From Chloroflexota bacterium (GTDB taxonomy: Bacteria > Chloroflexota > Limnocylindria > P2-11E): a DNA stretch of 64,000 bases. The position numbers and the translations under genes were made by a program. Location of the stretch: NCBI GenBank assembly GCA_005882765.1, contig VBDV01000111.1, forward strand, positions 49,545-113,544, read 5' to 3'. Under the pieces are notes generated by a model. The model was not told where the DNA came from. It saw only the letters and a program-made list of their open reading frames with translations, and made no database searches. This document shows positions 47,901 through 57,113 of the stretch, one piece after another; positions within the stretch are counted from its first letter, which is position 1; each line of letters starts with the position of its first letter.

Positions 47901-50900
47901 ATGGCCTTCAACGCCATCGCTCTGCTCCCCGAAGTGACCGGCGCGGTCCCGAATGTGAACGACGACGCCGAACATGCGCTGTTCATCCAGCAGGCATCCG
48001 ATGCGTGGGCGAGCGGACAGGACCCGCTCGACTTCTGGGTCCCGCAGGTGGAGCTCGGCTTTCCGCAGTTCCTCTACTACCAGAACCTTCCACATCTGGT
48101 CGTCGTCGTCCTCGGCAAGCTGACCTTCGGTCTCATCTCACTGCGGACCCTTTTCGATCTCGTCCGGTACGTGCTGCTCGTCGGTTTCCCGCTGACCGTG
48201 TTCTGGTCGATGCGGCGCCTGGGCTTCTCCGATGTTGCCGCGGCCATCGGTGCCGCGGCGGGATCCCTGCTAGGGGGGAACCACCGTTACGGCTTCGAGT
48301 ACGACAGCTACGTTTGGCGCGGTCTCGGTGTCTACACGCAGATCTTCGGCATGCATCTCTCGTTTCTCGCGCTCGCGGCGCTGCATCGTGTGGCGACGCG
48401 AGGCACCGGCATCGTCGTCGCCGCGCTGGTCTGCGGCGCGCTCGCCCTGTCGCACCTGATCTACGCGTACATGGCCGCGATCACGGCGGTCGTACTCCTG
48501 CTATTCGGTCTCACGCGCGCGAACATCGCCGGCCGAGTGCTGCGCTTCGGCGCGGTCGGCGCCCTCGCCGGCGTGATCAGCGCGTTCATGTGGGTCCCGT
48601 TCTTCGCGCAGGCCGGGTACCTGGATGTGAGCCCGTACCTCGATCGGACGAAATACGATTCCTTCGGCGCCCCGACGATCCTGGGCTGGCTCGCCTCAGG
48701 CGACCTCCTCGATCACGGACGCCTTCCGGTGCTCACGGCGTTGCTCGGGGTGGGGATCGTCGCCGCGCTCGTGACGCGCGCGCGGCTTCTTCTCCTCACG
48801 CTCGTCCTCTTCGTCCTGTGGCTCGTCCTCTACTTCGGACGGCCGACCCTTGGCCCGCTCGCCGATCTTCTGCCGCTGCACGAGGGACTGCTCTTCCACC
48901 GCTTCATTGGAGGCGTCGATCTCTTCGCGATATTGCTCATCGGCGCGGGCGGGGCGTACCTGTGGGAAATTGCTCGTTTCGAGGTGTCACCACGGCGCCT
49001 CGCAGCCGTGGCGGCGGCGACCGCGATCGTGTTCGTGCCGGTTCTTGCCGAGCGCTGGTCCTACTACAGCGACAACGCGACGTGGATGCGCATCACCCAG
49101 GCCGCCATCGCCGCCGATACGGATCTGCGGAGCGTGATGAGCGCGCTCGCGGGACAGTCGGCGGGCCGCGCGTACGCGGGACTCCGCAGCAATTGGGGAG
49201 ACACCCTCGACTTCGGGATTCCGTTCCGCTCGGTCCGCGTCTACAACGTGCTCACGTTCGATCGCGTCGATGCCGTCGCGCCGCCGTACCGTGGCGCGTC
49301 CCTGAACTCGGACCTGCTCTTCGATTTCAACGATCAAGACCCGGCCCAGTACCGTCTCTTCGACGTGGCGTACGTCATCGCGCCACCTTCGGCAACGCTC
49401 GCCTCGGGTCTCGTGCCAGTCCTTTCGACGCCGAAATACGTCCTCTACCGCGCGCCCGGCGGCGGGTATGCGGAGTACGCGGCGATCTCGCGGAGCGAGG
49501 CGCCCAAGAGTCAGCCGGAATGGTTCGAGAGCGCTCGAGCATGGCTTCGGGGCGGTTCGGCGACGAGCTGGGAGTTCGTGCGATACGCCTATCGCGACTC
49601 TCGCCCGATCGACGTCCCCGTTCCGATCGCCGAGTGCCCGCGCCCGGCCATCTCGTACCAGCGCGCCCAGCCGGGCCGGTACGACGTCCTCGCGACCTGC
49701 GCGACCGACTCGGCCATGGTGCTGAAAGTGACTTATCACCCGAACTGGCACGTGACCGTCGACGGCCATGAGGTTGCGACCTTCATGGTCTCGCCGAGCT
49801 ACCTCGCGTTCGCTCTCCCGGCGGGGCAGCACTTCATCACGGCGGAGTACCGATCGGCGCCAGTCAAAGATTCGCTGTTCTTTCTCGGCGCCGCGGTGGC
49901 GCTCGGCGCCATCGGCTCCCGGATCCGCCTGCGGGTGCCGCGACCCCGCGGCTGGCGCACCAGCATTCCATCCCTCCGCGAGCCGATCCTTCGCGCGCGC
50001 GACCTCGTCCTGATGAACGAGTCCGTCGCCGGGCCCGCGCTCGCCGTGGCAATCGCGGCGGTCGCGTTCCTCGTACTTGCGCCGTTCACGCCGCGCATCG
50101 CGTTCAACGATGGGCTTGGATTCGACGGTCGGGTCTACGCGTGGCTCACGCAGGCCCTGCGAGGTGACCACAGCGTCGCGGTCGTGCCACCGTGGTCGTT
50201 CCGCCTCGTCCCGAGCGCGATCGTCGCCCTATCCGGTCTTGAGGTGAAGCTCGGTTTCCTCCTCCTCGACCTCTTGGCGGCCCTCGGAAGCGCGTGGCTC
50301 CTTTACCGCCTGCTCCGGCACTACGCCGTCTCGCCGGCGCTCTCGCTCCTCGCCGTGGGCTGGTGGGCGGTGCTGCCACTCGGCCTGCGGTGGGCGCTCT
50401 ACTACCCGGTCCTTCCGGACACGCTCGGCTTCTTCCTTCTTCTCGCGCTCATGGTGTGCGCGCTCGAGGGTCGGTTCGTTGTGTTCGGCGGCATCCTGGT
50501 CGTCGCGGCGCTCACGCGCGAGAATCTCATCGCGCTCGGCCCGTTCCTCTGGCTCCTCCACGTTCGGCGTGATCCCGTTGGCGTGACCCTTCGGAGCCTC
50601 GGCGTGGGCGCCCCCGCCGTCCTCGTCTACCTTGCGGTGCGTTTCTTCCCGGTCGTGCCGCCGCCACCGGATTTTGCGAACTGGGCGGAGCGCTACCAGA
50701 TCGATGTCAACCTTCGCTTCGTCTTCGAGAACATCGACGCGCATGCGTGGCGCTATGTACTCGCGGCGCCGCTCACCCTCGGGATGTTCTTCGCTCTGCC
50801 GTTCGCATGGCCGCGACGTCTCGCCGGGTTCCTCCGCCGGGAGCTCCACTGGGCGTACTACGTCGCCATGTCCTTCGTCGTCGCGCTGGTCGGCGGCCGC

Positions 50901-51221
50901 GACGACGATCGTTACCTCTACGTTCTCGTGCCCGCGCTCGCGGTCTTCGTTTTCCATATCGCGCCTTCGTCGCTATGGCGGTCCGCCTGGCGCGTCGTGG
51001 CGCTGACGGCGCTCCACCTCGCGGCCGTGCGCTTCTTATGGCCGGTCGGCACGAGCGAGGCCGAATATCTCCAGTACACCGTGTCGGCGATGAGCGTCGA
51101 TCGCATGGTCGCGCTCGTCTACTTTTGCGGCGCCCTCGCGCTTGGGGGGATCGCGATCGCTCGGCTGGATCTCGGCGCGCTCAGTCCCGCACGCCGAGCC
51201 AAAGCAGAAGCGTCGGCTTGA
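47901..51221 (+). CDS. 1106-aa polytopic membrane protein (YfhO-like N-terminal ~800 aa plus a second polytopic C-terminal module; glycosylation-associated)
   Basis: One uninterrupted ORF with >20 hydrophobic segments. A GT2 gene is adjacent and convergent. The family assignment is tentative. Confidence 0.55.
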   Translation: MAFNAIALLPEVTGAVPNVNDDAEHALFIQQASDAWASGQDPLDFWVPQVELGFPQFLYYQNLPHLVVVVLGKLTFGLISLRTLFDLVRYVLLVGFPLTVFWSMRRLGFSDVAAAIGAAAGSLLGGNHRYGFEYDSYVWRGLGVYTQIFGMHLSFLALAALHRVATRGTGIVVAALVCGALALSHLIYAYMAAITAVVLLLFGLTRANIAGRVLRFGAVGALAGVISAFMWVPFFAQAGYLDVSPYLDRTKYDSFGAPTILGWLASGDLLDHGRLPVLTALLGVGIVAALVTRARLLLLTLVLFVLWLVLYFGRPTLGPLADLLPLHEGLLFHRFIGGVDLFAILLIGAGGAYLWEIARFEVSPRRLAAVAAATAIVFVPVLAERWSYYSDNATWMRITQAAIAADTDLRSVMSALAGQSAGRAYAGLRSNWGDTLDFGIPFRSVRVYNVLTFDRVDAVAPPYRGASLNSDLLFDFNDQDPAQYRLFDVAYVIAPPSATLASGLVPVLSTPKYVLYRAPGGGYAEYAAISRSEAPKSQPEWFESARAWLRGGSATSWEFVRYAYRDSRPIDVPVPIAECPRPAISYQRAQPGRYDVLATCATDSAMVLKVTYHPNWHVTVDGHEVATFMVSPSYLAFALPAGQHFITAEYRSAPVKDSLFFLGAAVALGAIGSRIRLRVPRPRGWRTSIPSLREPILRARDLVLMNESVAGPALAVAIAAVAFLVLAPFTPRIAFNDGLGFDGRVYAWLTQALRGDHSVAVVPPWSFRLVPSAIVALSGLEVKLGFLLLDLLAALGSAWLLYRLLRHYAVSPALSLLAVGWWAVLPLGLRWALYYPVLPDTLGFFLLLALMVCALEGRFVVFGGILVVAALTRENLIALGPFLWLLHVRRDPVGVTLRSLGVGAPAVLVYLAVRFFPVVPPPPDFANWAERYQIDVNLRFVFENIDAHAWRYVLAAPLTLGMFFALPFAWPRRLAGFLRRELHWAYYVAMSFVVALVGGRDDDRYLYVLVPALAVFVFHIAPSSLWRSAWRVVALTALHLAAVRFLWPVGTSEAEYLQYTVSAMSVDRMVALVYFCGALALGGIAIARLDLGALSPARRAKAEASA

Positions 51222-51897
51222 CGATGCTCCACCAATCGCGGACCCGTCGGATCTTCGAGTAGTTGCCGCCGCCCTTGGGGTAGGTCTTCGAGACCCCGAC
51301 CTCGATGACGCGATACCCGAGCTTGATCGCTTTCCAGTGCACGTAGTACTCGAGCTCGTACCGGTCGAGCCACGACTGATCGATGCGGATCCGCGGATCG
51401 TCGAGCAACGACAGCCGGTACGCGCGGTACCCGTTTGTCACGTCGGTCCCGGCAAAGCCGGAAAGCAGGTGGAAGAGGATCGTGTATCCGCGGATCATGA
51501 GACCGCGACCGCGTGGCAGATAGACGCTTGAGCCGCCCTCGGCCAGGAACCGGGATCCCTGGACGTAGTCGTACCCGGCTCGGAGCTTATCGATGAGCCG
51601 CGAGGCCTCGGCCGGATCGTCTTTCCCGTTCGCCGCGAGCACGACGACCGCGCCGTGACCGCTCGCACGAGCCGCCTCGATACCCGTTCGGATGGCGGCG
51701 CCGACGCCCCGGCGCCGGTCCTGGGAGATCACCCGAGCGCCGGCCTCGCGCGCGAGGTCGGGCCCGCCATCGTCGGAACCGTCGTCAACAACGATCGTCT
51801 CCGAGATGATCGGCGGGACGCGACGGACGAGCCCGGCGATCGCGTGACGCTCGTTGAACAGCGGAAAGATCATCGCGACGGTCCCGATGTCGGCCAC
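51181..51897 (-). CDS. family 2 glycosyltransferase (polyprenol-phosphate sugar transferase, Dpm1-like)
   Basis: VVDDGSDDG DxD-type motif and a GT-A fold. Confidence 0.85.
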   Translation of the reverse strand: MADIGTVAMIFPLFNERHAIAGLVRRVPPIISETIVVDDGSDDGGPDLAREAGARVISQDRRRGVGAAIRTGIEAARASGHGAVVVLAANGKDDPAEASRLIDKLRAGYDYVQGSRFLAEGGSSVYLPRGRGLMIRGYTILFHLLSGFAGTDVTNGYRAYRLSLLDDPRIRIDQSWLDRYELEYYVHWKAIKLGYRVIEVGVSKTYPKGGGNYSKIRRVRDWWSIVKPTLLLWLGVRD

Positions 51898-51922
51898 GAC
51901 GGCACTCTACCCGGAGCGCGTG

Positions 51923-52606
51923 TTAGCGGATCGGATCCTTCTCGAGCAGACCGCGGTTGTGCACGTAGAGGGCAGCCTGCGTGCGGTCGGTGAGCTCGAG
52001 CTTGCTGAAGATGTTCGAGATATGCGTTTTTACGGTGCGCTCGCTGATCCCGAGCGTCGCCGCGATCTCCTTGTTGGCTCTGCCGCTCGCCACGAGCTTC
52101 AACACCTCGCGCTCGCGTGCGGTGAGATCGCTGTAACCCTCGTCGTCGCCGGTGGGGCGGTCGCCGGCGCGCAACCGACCGAACTCATCGAGCACGCGCT
52201 TGGCGACCGACGGGTAGATGAGTGAGAAACCGTCGGCCACGGTGCGGATCGCGTTGGTGAGCTGGCTGCCGGTGACCTCCTTCAGGAGGTATCCCGACGC
52301 GCCCGCGCGAATCGAGCTGAACACCAGCTCGTCCTCGTCGTAGTTCGTGAGGACGATCACGCGCGACGACGGTACGGAGTTGCGCACGCGCCGCGTGGCC
52401 GTGACCCCGTCCCAGTCGCCCATCTTTATGTCCATGAGGATCACGTCGGGCAGAAGCTCCTGCGCCACGGCGAGCGCCTCGTGTCCGTCGCCGGCCTCGC
52501 CGACGACCTCTATCTCGGGCTCGGTCTCGAGTATTGACCGCAGGCCGCTGCGGACGAGGGCGTGATCGTCGGCGATGAGGACGCGGATCTTCCGAATCTC
52601 GCTCAT
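51923..52606 (-). CDS. NarL/LuxR family response regulator
   Basis: VLIADDH...ILMDIKMGDWDG receiver and an LTAREREVL...SERTVKTH HTH. Confidence 0.9.
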   Translation of the reverse strand: MSEIRKIRVLIADDHALVRSGLRSILETEPEIEVVGEAGDGHEALAVAQELLPDVILMDIKMGDWDGVTATRRVRNSVPSSRVIVLTNYDEDELVFSSIRAGASGYLLKEVTGSQLTNAIRTVADGFSLIYPSVAKRVLDEFGRLRAGDRPTGDDEGYSDLTAREREVLKLVASGRANKEIAATLGISERTVKTHISNIFSKLELTDRTQAALYVHNRGLLEKDPIR

Positions 52607-54756
52607 CGCCCGAAGAGCCTTCCGAGGAAGCTTGCCTTTTCGGTCCGCTCGAGATCCTCGATCGCGCCGCGCTGATCGGTGTCCTCGACGGTGTCGGTCC
52701 AGCCGGGCGGGGCGCCGTCGACGGTGATCCGGTAGGGGATGGTCGCGCGGACGATCGTGCCTCGGCCGGGCTCGCTGCGGACGACGAGCTGTCCGCCCAC
52801 ACCTTCGGCCCGCTCGCGCATTCCGACGATGCCGTAATGGCCCCGCTCTTCGGCGGTGTTGAGCTCGTTCGACTCGAATCCCTTGCCATCGTCCTCGATC
52901 GTCGCGACGACCTGCTCGTCGTCGTATCTCAAAATCACCTTGGCGTTAGACGCGCCCGAGTGCTGCCCGACGTTGCGCAGACCCTCGCCGATGATCCGAA
53001 TGACGGCGCGCTCGACGAAGGGCTCGAGCGGACGCTCCACGCCGGTCTCCTCGAAGTCCACCGCGACTCCGCTCTGCCGGCGGAGGTCGTCCGCGAGGCG
53101 CGCGACGGTCACCGGCAGGTTCAGGCCGCCGGCCTCTTCGGTCTGCCGCAATGCCGCCATGTACTGCCGCACATCGGAGAGCGTCGCCCGCGCGTCCCGC
53201 GCGGCTTTCGCGAGCTGGGGCCCGAGCGCCGCTGGATCGCGATCGAGCGCGCGCTGGCAGCCCTCGAGCGCAAGGACGACGCCGGTGAGCTCCTGGGCGA
53301 CACCGTCATGCAGCTCCTGTGAGATGCGCCGCCGTTCGTTCGACGCGGTGCGCTGCACGAGGTCGGTCGATGCCGATTTCTGCAGCATGCCGGAGAGATA
53401 CTCGCCGAGCGTCGAGACGAAGTCGGCCTCCGCCGACGTATAGGGGGTGGTTGCGCGACCCAGGACGAGGACGCCGAGGACCACGCCGTTCTGCGATCCG
53501 CCGATCGGCGCCAGCAGGAAGTGCGTCGATGACGGCGCGGCCCAGTCCGGACGGTCTTCGGCCATGCCGTACTGCGCCGTCGCGGTGCGGCGCTCGCGAA
53601 GCACCTGCGCGAGCACCGTGTCCGTGCCCGACGTGGAAATGTCCGCGGGGGTGATGTCGCCGTAGCCGGTCGCGGCACGGAGATGGAGGTGATGCTCCTC
53701 CGCGGCCCATACGCCGACCGCATCGTGACGCAGGTTGTCGGCGAGCATCGCGACGGCGCTCTCGAGATCGTTGTGCGGGTCGATGCCGAGTGTCGCGAAG
53801 CGTGAGAGCTCGTAGAGCACGAGCGCCTGCCGGCGATCCTCCTCGGCTCGCTGGAACTCTTCGGCTGTCAGGAGGGCGGAGGCGATCTCCGCCGCGGCCT
53901 GCGTGAGCGAGTCGACCTGTACCTGGCTGTAGCGCTCTTGCTGGGCGCGGTGCTTCACGCTGACGACGCCGAGCGTGCGGCCGTTCGAGCGAAGCGGAGC
54001 GATCATGGCCTCGCTCGCGGTCGGGTCGGACCCGCCCTGCACCTGGCCGGAGAGCAGCATCGACCGGCCGGTCTGGGCGACCGTTCCGGAGATGCCTTCA
54101 CCGATCCGCTTCCGGTCGAGCTTCGCGGCATCCGGGAGTCCGCGCGAGCTTCGCACCGAGAGCTCGCCCTGCGCGTCCGCGAGCATGATCGAGACGCCAT
54201 CCGCGCCGAAGACGTCCGCGAGCTGTGCCGTCGCGCGCTCGAGCAATTGGTCGGGATCGCGCTCCTTGCGGATGATCGCCTGGAGGTCACGCGATGCTTT
54301 GAGCTTCGCTTCGGCGTCCTGCCCCTGCCTCTGCGCGCGCCAGAGCGCGTTCGCCTCCGCGAGCTCGAGGCCGATGAGATCGCCGACACGACCGAGACTC
54401 GCGAGATCCTCGGCCGAGAAGGCCCGACCGGCGAGCATCGCGGCGAGACCCCCGACGACCTGATCCTTCCAGATGACCGGAGACACCGCGAGGGTGTCGG
54501 CGAGGCGGCCGTCTGAGAGCGGGAGCGCCACCCCACTCGTCGCCTGTTCAGTGGAGCGTTCGCTCATCGCCTTCGCGAGCATCGCCGCGGGCATTCCCTG
54601 GCTCCACTTTGTCTCGGTGGGGAGGTTGTGGGCGACGTAGGTCGCGTAGCCCTCACCTTTCAGGTTCAGAATTACGGCGATCGCGTCCGCCCGCGCGAGC
54701 TTCGCGAGGTACGCCATGCGCGCGTTCCAGAAGTCGGCGTCGAGTCGGAGGGTCAC
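52603..54756 (-). CDS. cytoplasmic multi-GAF sensor histidine kinase (HisKA_3/HATPase)
   Basis: 717 aa. Three GAF-like regions, an LHDGVAQ H-box and a HATPase C-terminus. ATGA overlap with the downstream RR. Confidence 0.85.
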   Translation of the reverse strand: MTLRLDADFWNARMAYLAKLARADAIAVILNLKGEGYATYVAHNLPTETKWSQGMPAAMLAKAMSERSTEQATSGVALPLSDGRLADTLAVSPVIWKDQVVGGLAAMLAGRAFSAEDLASLGRVGDLIGLELAEANALWRAQRQGQDAEAKLKASRDLQAIIRKERDPDQLLERATAQLADVFGADGVSIMLADAQGELSVRSSRGLPDAAKLDRKRIGEGISGTVAQTGRSMLLSGQVQGGSDPTASEAMIAPLRSNGRTLGVVSVKHRAQQERYSQVQVDSLTQAAAEIASALLTAEEFQRAEEDRRQALVLYELSRFATLGIDPHNDLESAVAMLADNLRHDAVGVWAAEEHHLHLRAATGYGDITPADISTSGTDTVLAQVLRERRTATAQYGMAEDRPDWAAPSSTHFLLAPIGGSQNGVVLGVLVLGRATTPYTSAEADFVSTLGEYLSGMLQKSASTDLVQRTASNERRRISQELHDGVAQELTGVVLALEGCQRALDRDPAALGPQLAKAARDARATLSDVRQYMAALRQTEEAGGLNLPVTVARLADDLRRQSGVAVDFEETGVERPLEPFVERAVIRIIGEGLRNVGQHSGASNAKVILRYDDEQVVATIEDDGKGFESNELNTAEERGHYGIVGMRERAEGVGGQLVVRSEPGRGTIVRATIPYRITVDGAPPGWTDTVEDTDQRGAIEDLERTEKASFLGRLFGR

Positions 54757-54765
54757 GGAGAGGCC

Positions 54766-56706
54766 CTACGCCACGCCGGCGCCGGCCTCGCCCTCGATGC
54801 GGAGCTCCAGGGAGGTGCCGCCACTGCGCTGTAAGGCGAAGCGCGGCTGTTCTAGGGTCGCGATCGCGGACCAGAGCTCGTCCACCAGCATGGGTACACG
54901 GAGTCCGACCGCGAGCGTCGCGACGCCTCCCCTGAAGTCACGCACGTAGAGCGTACGGACCTGCGCCAGCGACTGAATGCGCCGCTCGATGTCCACGAGC
55001 CGGGCGAACGACGGTACGGGCGAGAGCATGAGCACAATGTTGCTGGTCGGAGCCGCCGGCTCCTCCCTCTCGAGAGTGACTTGCTCCGGTTCCGTTACCC
55101 CTTGGGCCGGTTCGCGCTCCACCACGGTCAATTCGGGGGGCGCCGGAGAGGTCTCGACGGCCTTTTCTGTCGGTCTGGAGAAGACCTCATCCTCCTCCAC
55201 GACTGGCGGCGGCTGCGTCGCTCTGGACGCCAGAGCGGCCCGCGCCGCCTCCTGGGCAGCACGCGCGGCCGTCTCGGCGACGCGCGCGGCCTCGGCGATA
55301 CGGAGGGCCTCGACGGTGGCGGCGCGCCGCACCTCCTCGGCCGCAAGCCGGGCCCCCTCGGCGCGGCGCGCCTCTTCCTCGCGGCGCTGCTGGTCGCGAC
55401 GCTCCTCTTCTTGCCTCCACTGGGTCGCGCGCCGCTGCTCCTCCTCGCGCCATCTCGCGGCTCGCTGTTCCTCGTCCTCACGCCGTTGCTGCTCGAGACG
55501 CACCGCGTCCGCGACGCGGGCTTCGTCGGCGGCTCGGCGCGCTTCCTCGGCCGCACGCGCCGCGGTCGTGGCGCGCTCCACCTCCTGAGCCGCGCGCTCC
55601 GCGTCGGCGGCGCGGTCGGCCCCGGCCGCGCGGGCGGCCTCCTGTGCGGCGCGCATCGCCTCTTCTGCGGCGCGCACGGCCTCCGCGGCCCGCTGCGTCT
55701 CGCCGGCGCGATCGGCCTCCGCGGCGCGGGCCGCCTCCTGTGCGGCGCGCATCGCTTCCTGCGCGGCACGAGCGGCCTCAGCCGCGCGCTGGGCTTCGAC
55801 CGACCGATCCGCTTCGGCCTGCTGGTGCGCGAGTCGCTGCGCTTCCGCGAGCTTCCGCGCCTCGTCGGCGGCGCGAGCCGCCTCTTCGGTCGCGCGCTGC
55901 GCCTGCTCCGCGACGCGAGCCGCTTCTGCGGCGCGCTCCGCCTCCGCGGCGCGCTGCGCCTCGAGAGCGCGACGCGCTTCCTCCTGGGCCGAGCGCGCCT
56001 CGTCCTGTGCAACGCGCGCCTGCTCCTGCGCGGTCTTCGCCTGCGCCGCGGCGGCGTTGGCCTCGCGGGCCGCGTCCGCGACCGTTCCCGCTTGACGACG
56101 GATGTCCTCGAGGAGCTCGGTGAAGACACCGCGCAGCGCGTCGGCCGCGAGCGCGCGCGACTCGGCGGTGGTCTCCTCGGGCGCCTTCTCAGGCGCGGCA
56201 GCCGATTCGCGGCGTGGTCCGCGGAGCGCGGAAAAGCCGCTCCGCCGGTTCGACGCGATCTCGTCGACGAGGCCGTCGCGCTCTTCACGGAGCCGCTCGA
56301 TCTCTTTGATCAGCATCTTCCGCTCATCTCGGGCCTGCTCGAGGATCTGCTGCGCAGCGTTCTCGGCTCGGGCGCGGATCTCGTGAGCGGCTCGCAGCGC
56401 ACCGGACAAGGCGTCGCGCACGGTGGCGTCGAATTCTTCGTACACCGCGACACGCTTGCGCGCCGCATCAAGCTCCGATTCGAGCGAGCCGACGCGCTTG
56501 GTGAGCTCGCTGACACGATCGGAGAGCGCGCCGATGATGTCTCCGGACGCGCCTAGACCTCTGGGCCCCTCGGACACGCGGTCGCCCTCCAAATGCTCGC
56601 TTCTCTGCCCACTTCCCCGCGTGTGGCGCAGAGCGTATACGACTGCGGCCGGGAAGGGCATCATCCGCGCATCACGCGGCCAAAGGTCTTGCTCGTCGTG
56701 GGGCAC
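54766..56706 (-). CDS. DivIVA-domain protein with a ~300-aa Ala/Glu/Arg coiled-coil and a C-terminal ~85-aa globular domain
   Basis: N-terminal DivIVA-like segment (IIGALSDRVSELTKRVGSLESELD...). Long AEAARAAQEA repeats. Start ambiguous, as the first Met overlaps the divergent gene. Confidence 0.6.
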   Translation of the reverse strand: MPHDEQDLWPRDARMMPFPAAVVYALRHTRGSGQRSEHLEGDRVSEGPRGLGASGDIIGALSDRVSELTKRVGSLESELDAARKRVAVYEEFDATVRDALSGALRAAHEIRARAENAAQQILEQARDERKMLIKEIERLREERDGLVDEIASNRRSGFSALRGPRRESAAAPEKAPEETTAESRALAADALRGVFTELLEDIRRQAGTVADAAREANAAAAQAKTAQEQARVAQDEARSAQEEARRALEAQRAAEAERAAEAARVAEQAQRATEEAARAADEARKLAEAQRLAHQQAEADRSVEAQRAAEAARAAQEAMRAAQEAARAAEADRAGETQRAAEAVRAAEEAMRAAQEAARAAGADRAADAERAAQEVERATTAARAAEEARRAADEARVADAVRLEQQRREDEEQRAARWREEEQRRATQWRQEEERRDQQRREEEARRAEGARLAAEEVRRAATVEALRIAEAARVAETAARAAQEAARAALASRATQPPPVVEEDEVFSRPTEKAVETSPAPPELTVVEREPAQGVTEPEQVTLEREEPAAPTSNIVLMLSPVPSFARLVDIERRIQSLAQVRTLYVRDFRGGVATLAVGLRVPMLVDELWSAIATLEQPRFALQRSGGTSLELRIEGEAGAGVA

Positions 56707-57105
56707 CCGACCATCGGCGCAGCGCTCGAGGCGCTGCTCCGGATAGAGGATCGATACGAGGTGAGGCGCGCACAGTCGTTAGAACAGGTCACATCCAGCT
56801 TGGACGGCTGGGTCGCCGACCTCGCTCTCGTCGATGGCGTGCTGGTTCAGAGGGGAAGGACAGAGGTTCTACCAATGCCAACCATCGTGCTTTCGGGCAA
56901 TCCGCGCGACGGCCGCAGACTGTCCGGACACTTCGTCCGGGGTCAGGGCTGGCTCCGGAAGGACGCGACCGCCGAGGAGATCCGGGTCGCGATCGATCGG
57001 GCGCTCGTACCTGCAGCGCGCCGGTGGTCGGTGCTCGTCGTCATGGCGCTCCTCGTGCTGGTGGTGATCGTGATCGTGATCGCCCGGTACCTGCTACAGG
57101 TCTAG
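56593..57105 (+). CDS. tail-anchored pseudo-receiver protein, paralog of 32225..32686
   Basis: VLLVVGHPTIGAALEALLRIEDRYEVRRA versus VLLVVSHPSVGAGIETILRLERRYEVRRA. C-terminal TM (VLVVMALLVLVVIVIVIARYLL). Start uncertain. Confidence 0.55.
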   Translation: MLASLPTSPRVAQSVYDCGREGHHPRITRPKVLLVVGHPTIGAALEALLRIEDRYEVRRAQSLEQVTSSLDGWVADLALVDGVLVQRGRTEVLPMPTIVLSGNPRDGRRLSGHFVRGQGWLRKDATAEEIRVAIDRALVPAARRWSVLVVMALLVLVVIVIVIARYLLQV

Positions 57106-57113
57106 GGGTCGAC

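Noticed and set aside
48005-50171. 588-aa + ORF and 394-aa minus ORF inside the 1106-aa membrane protein gene
   Set aside because: Frame-shifted or antisense readings with Arg-rich composition. The in-frame TM-rich ORF is far more plausible.
55081-56556. 491-aa + ORF and 386-aa minus ORF over the DivIVA-like gene
   Set aside because: Alternative frames of the Ala/Glu/Arg repeat (GCN-rich), which yield poly-Arg/Leu nonsense.
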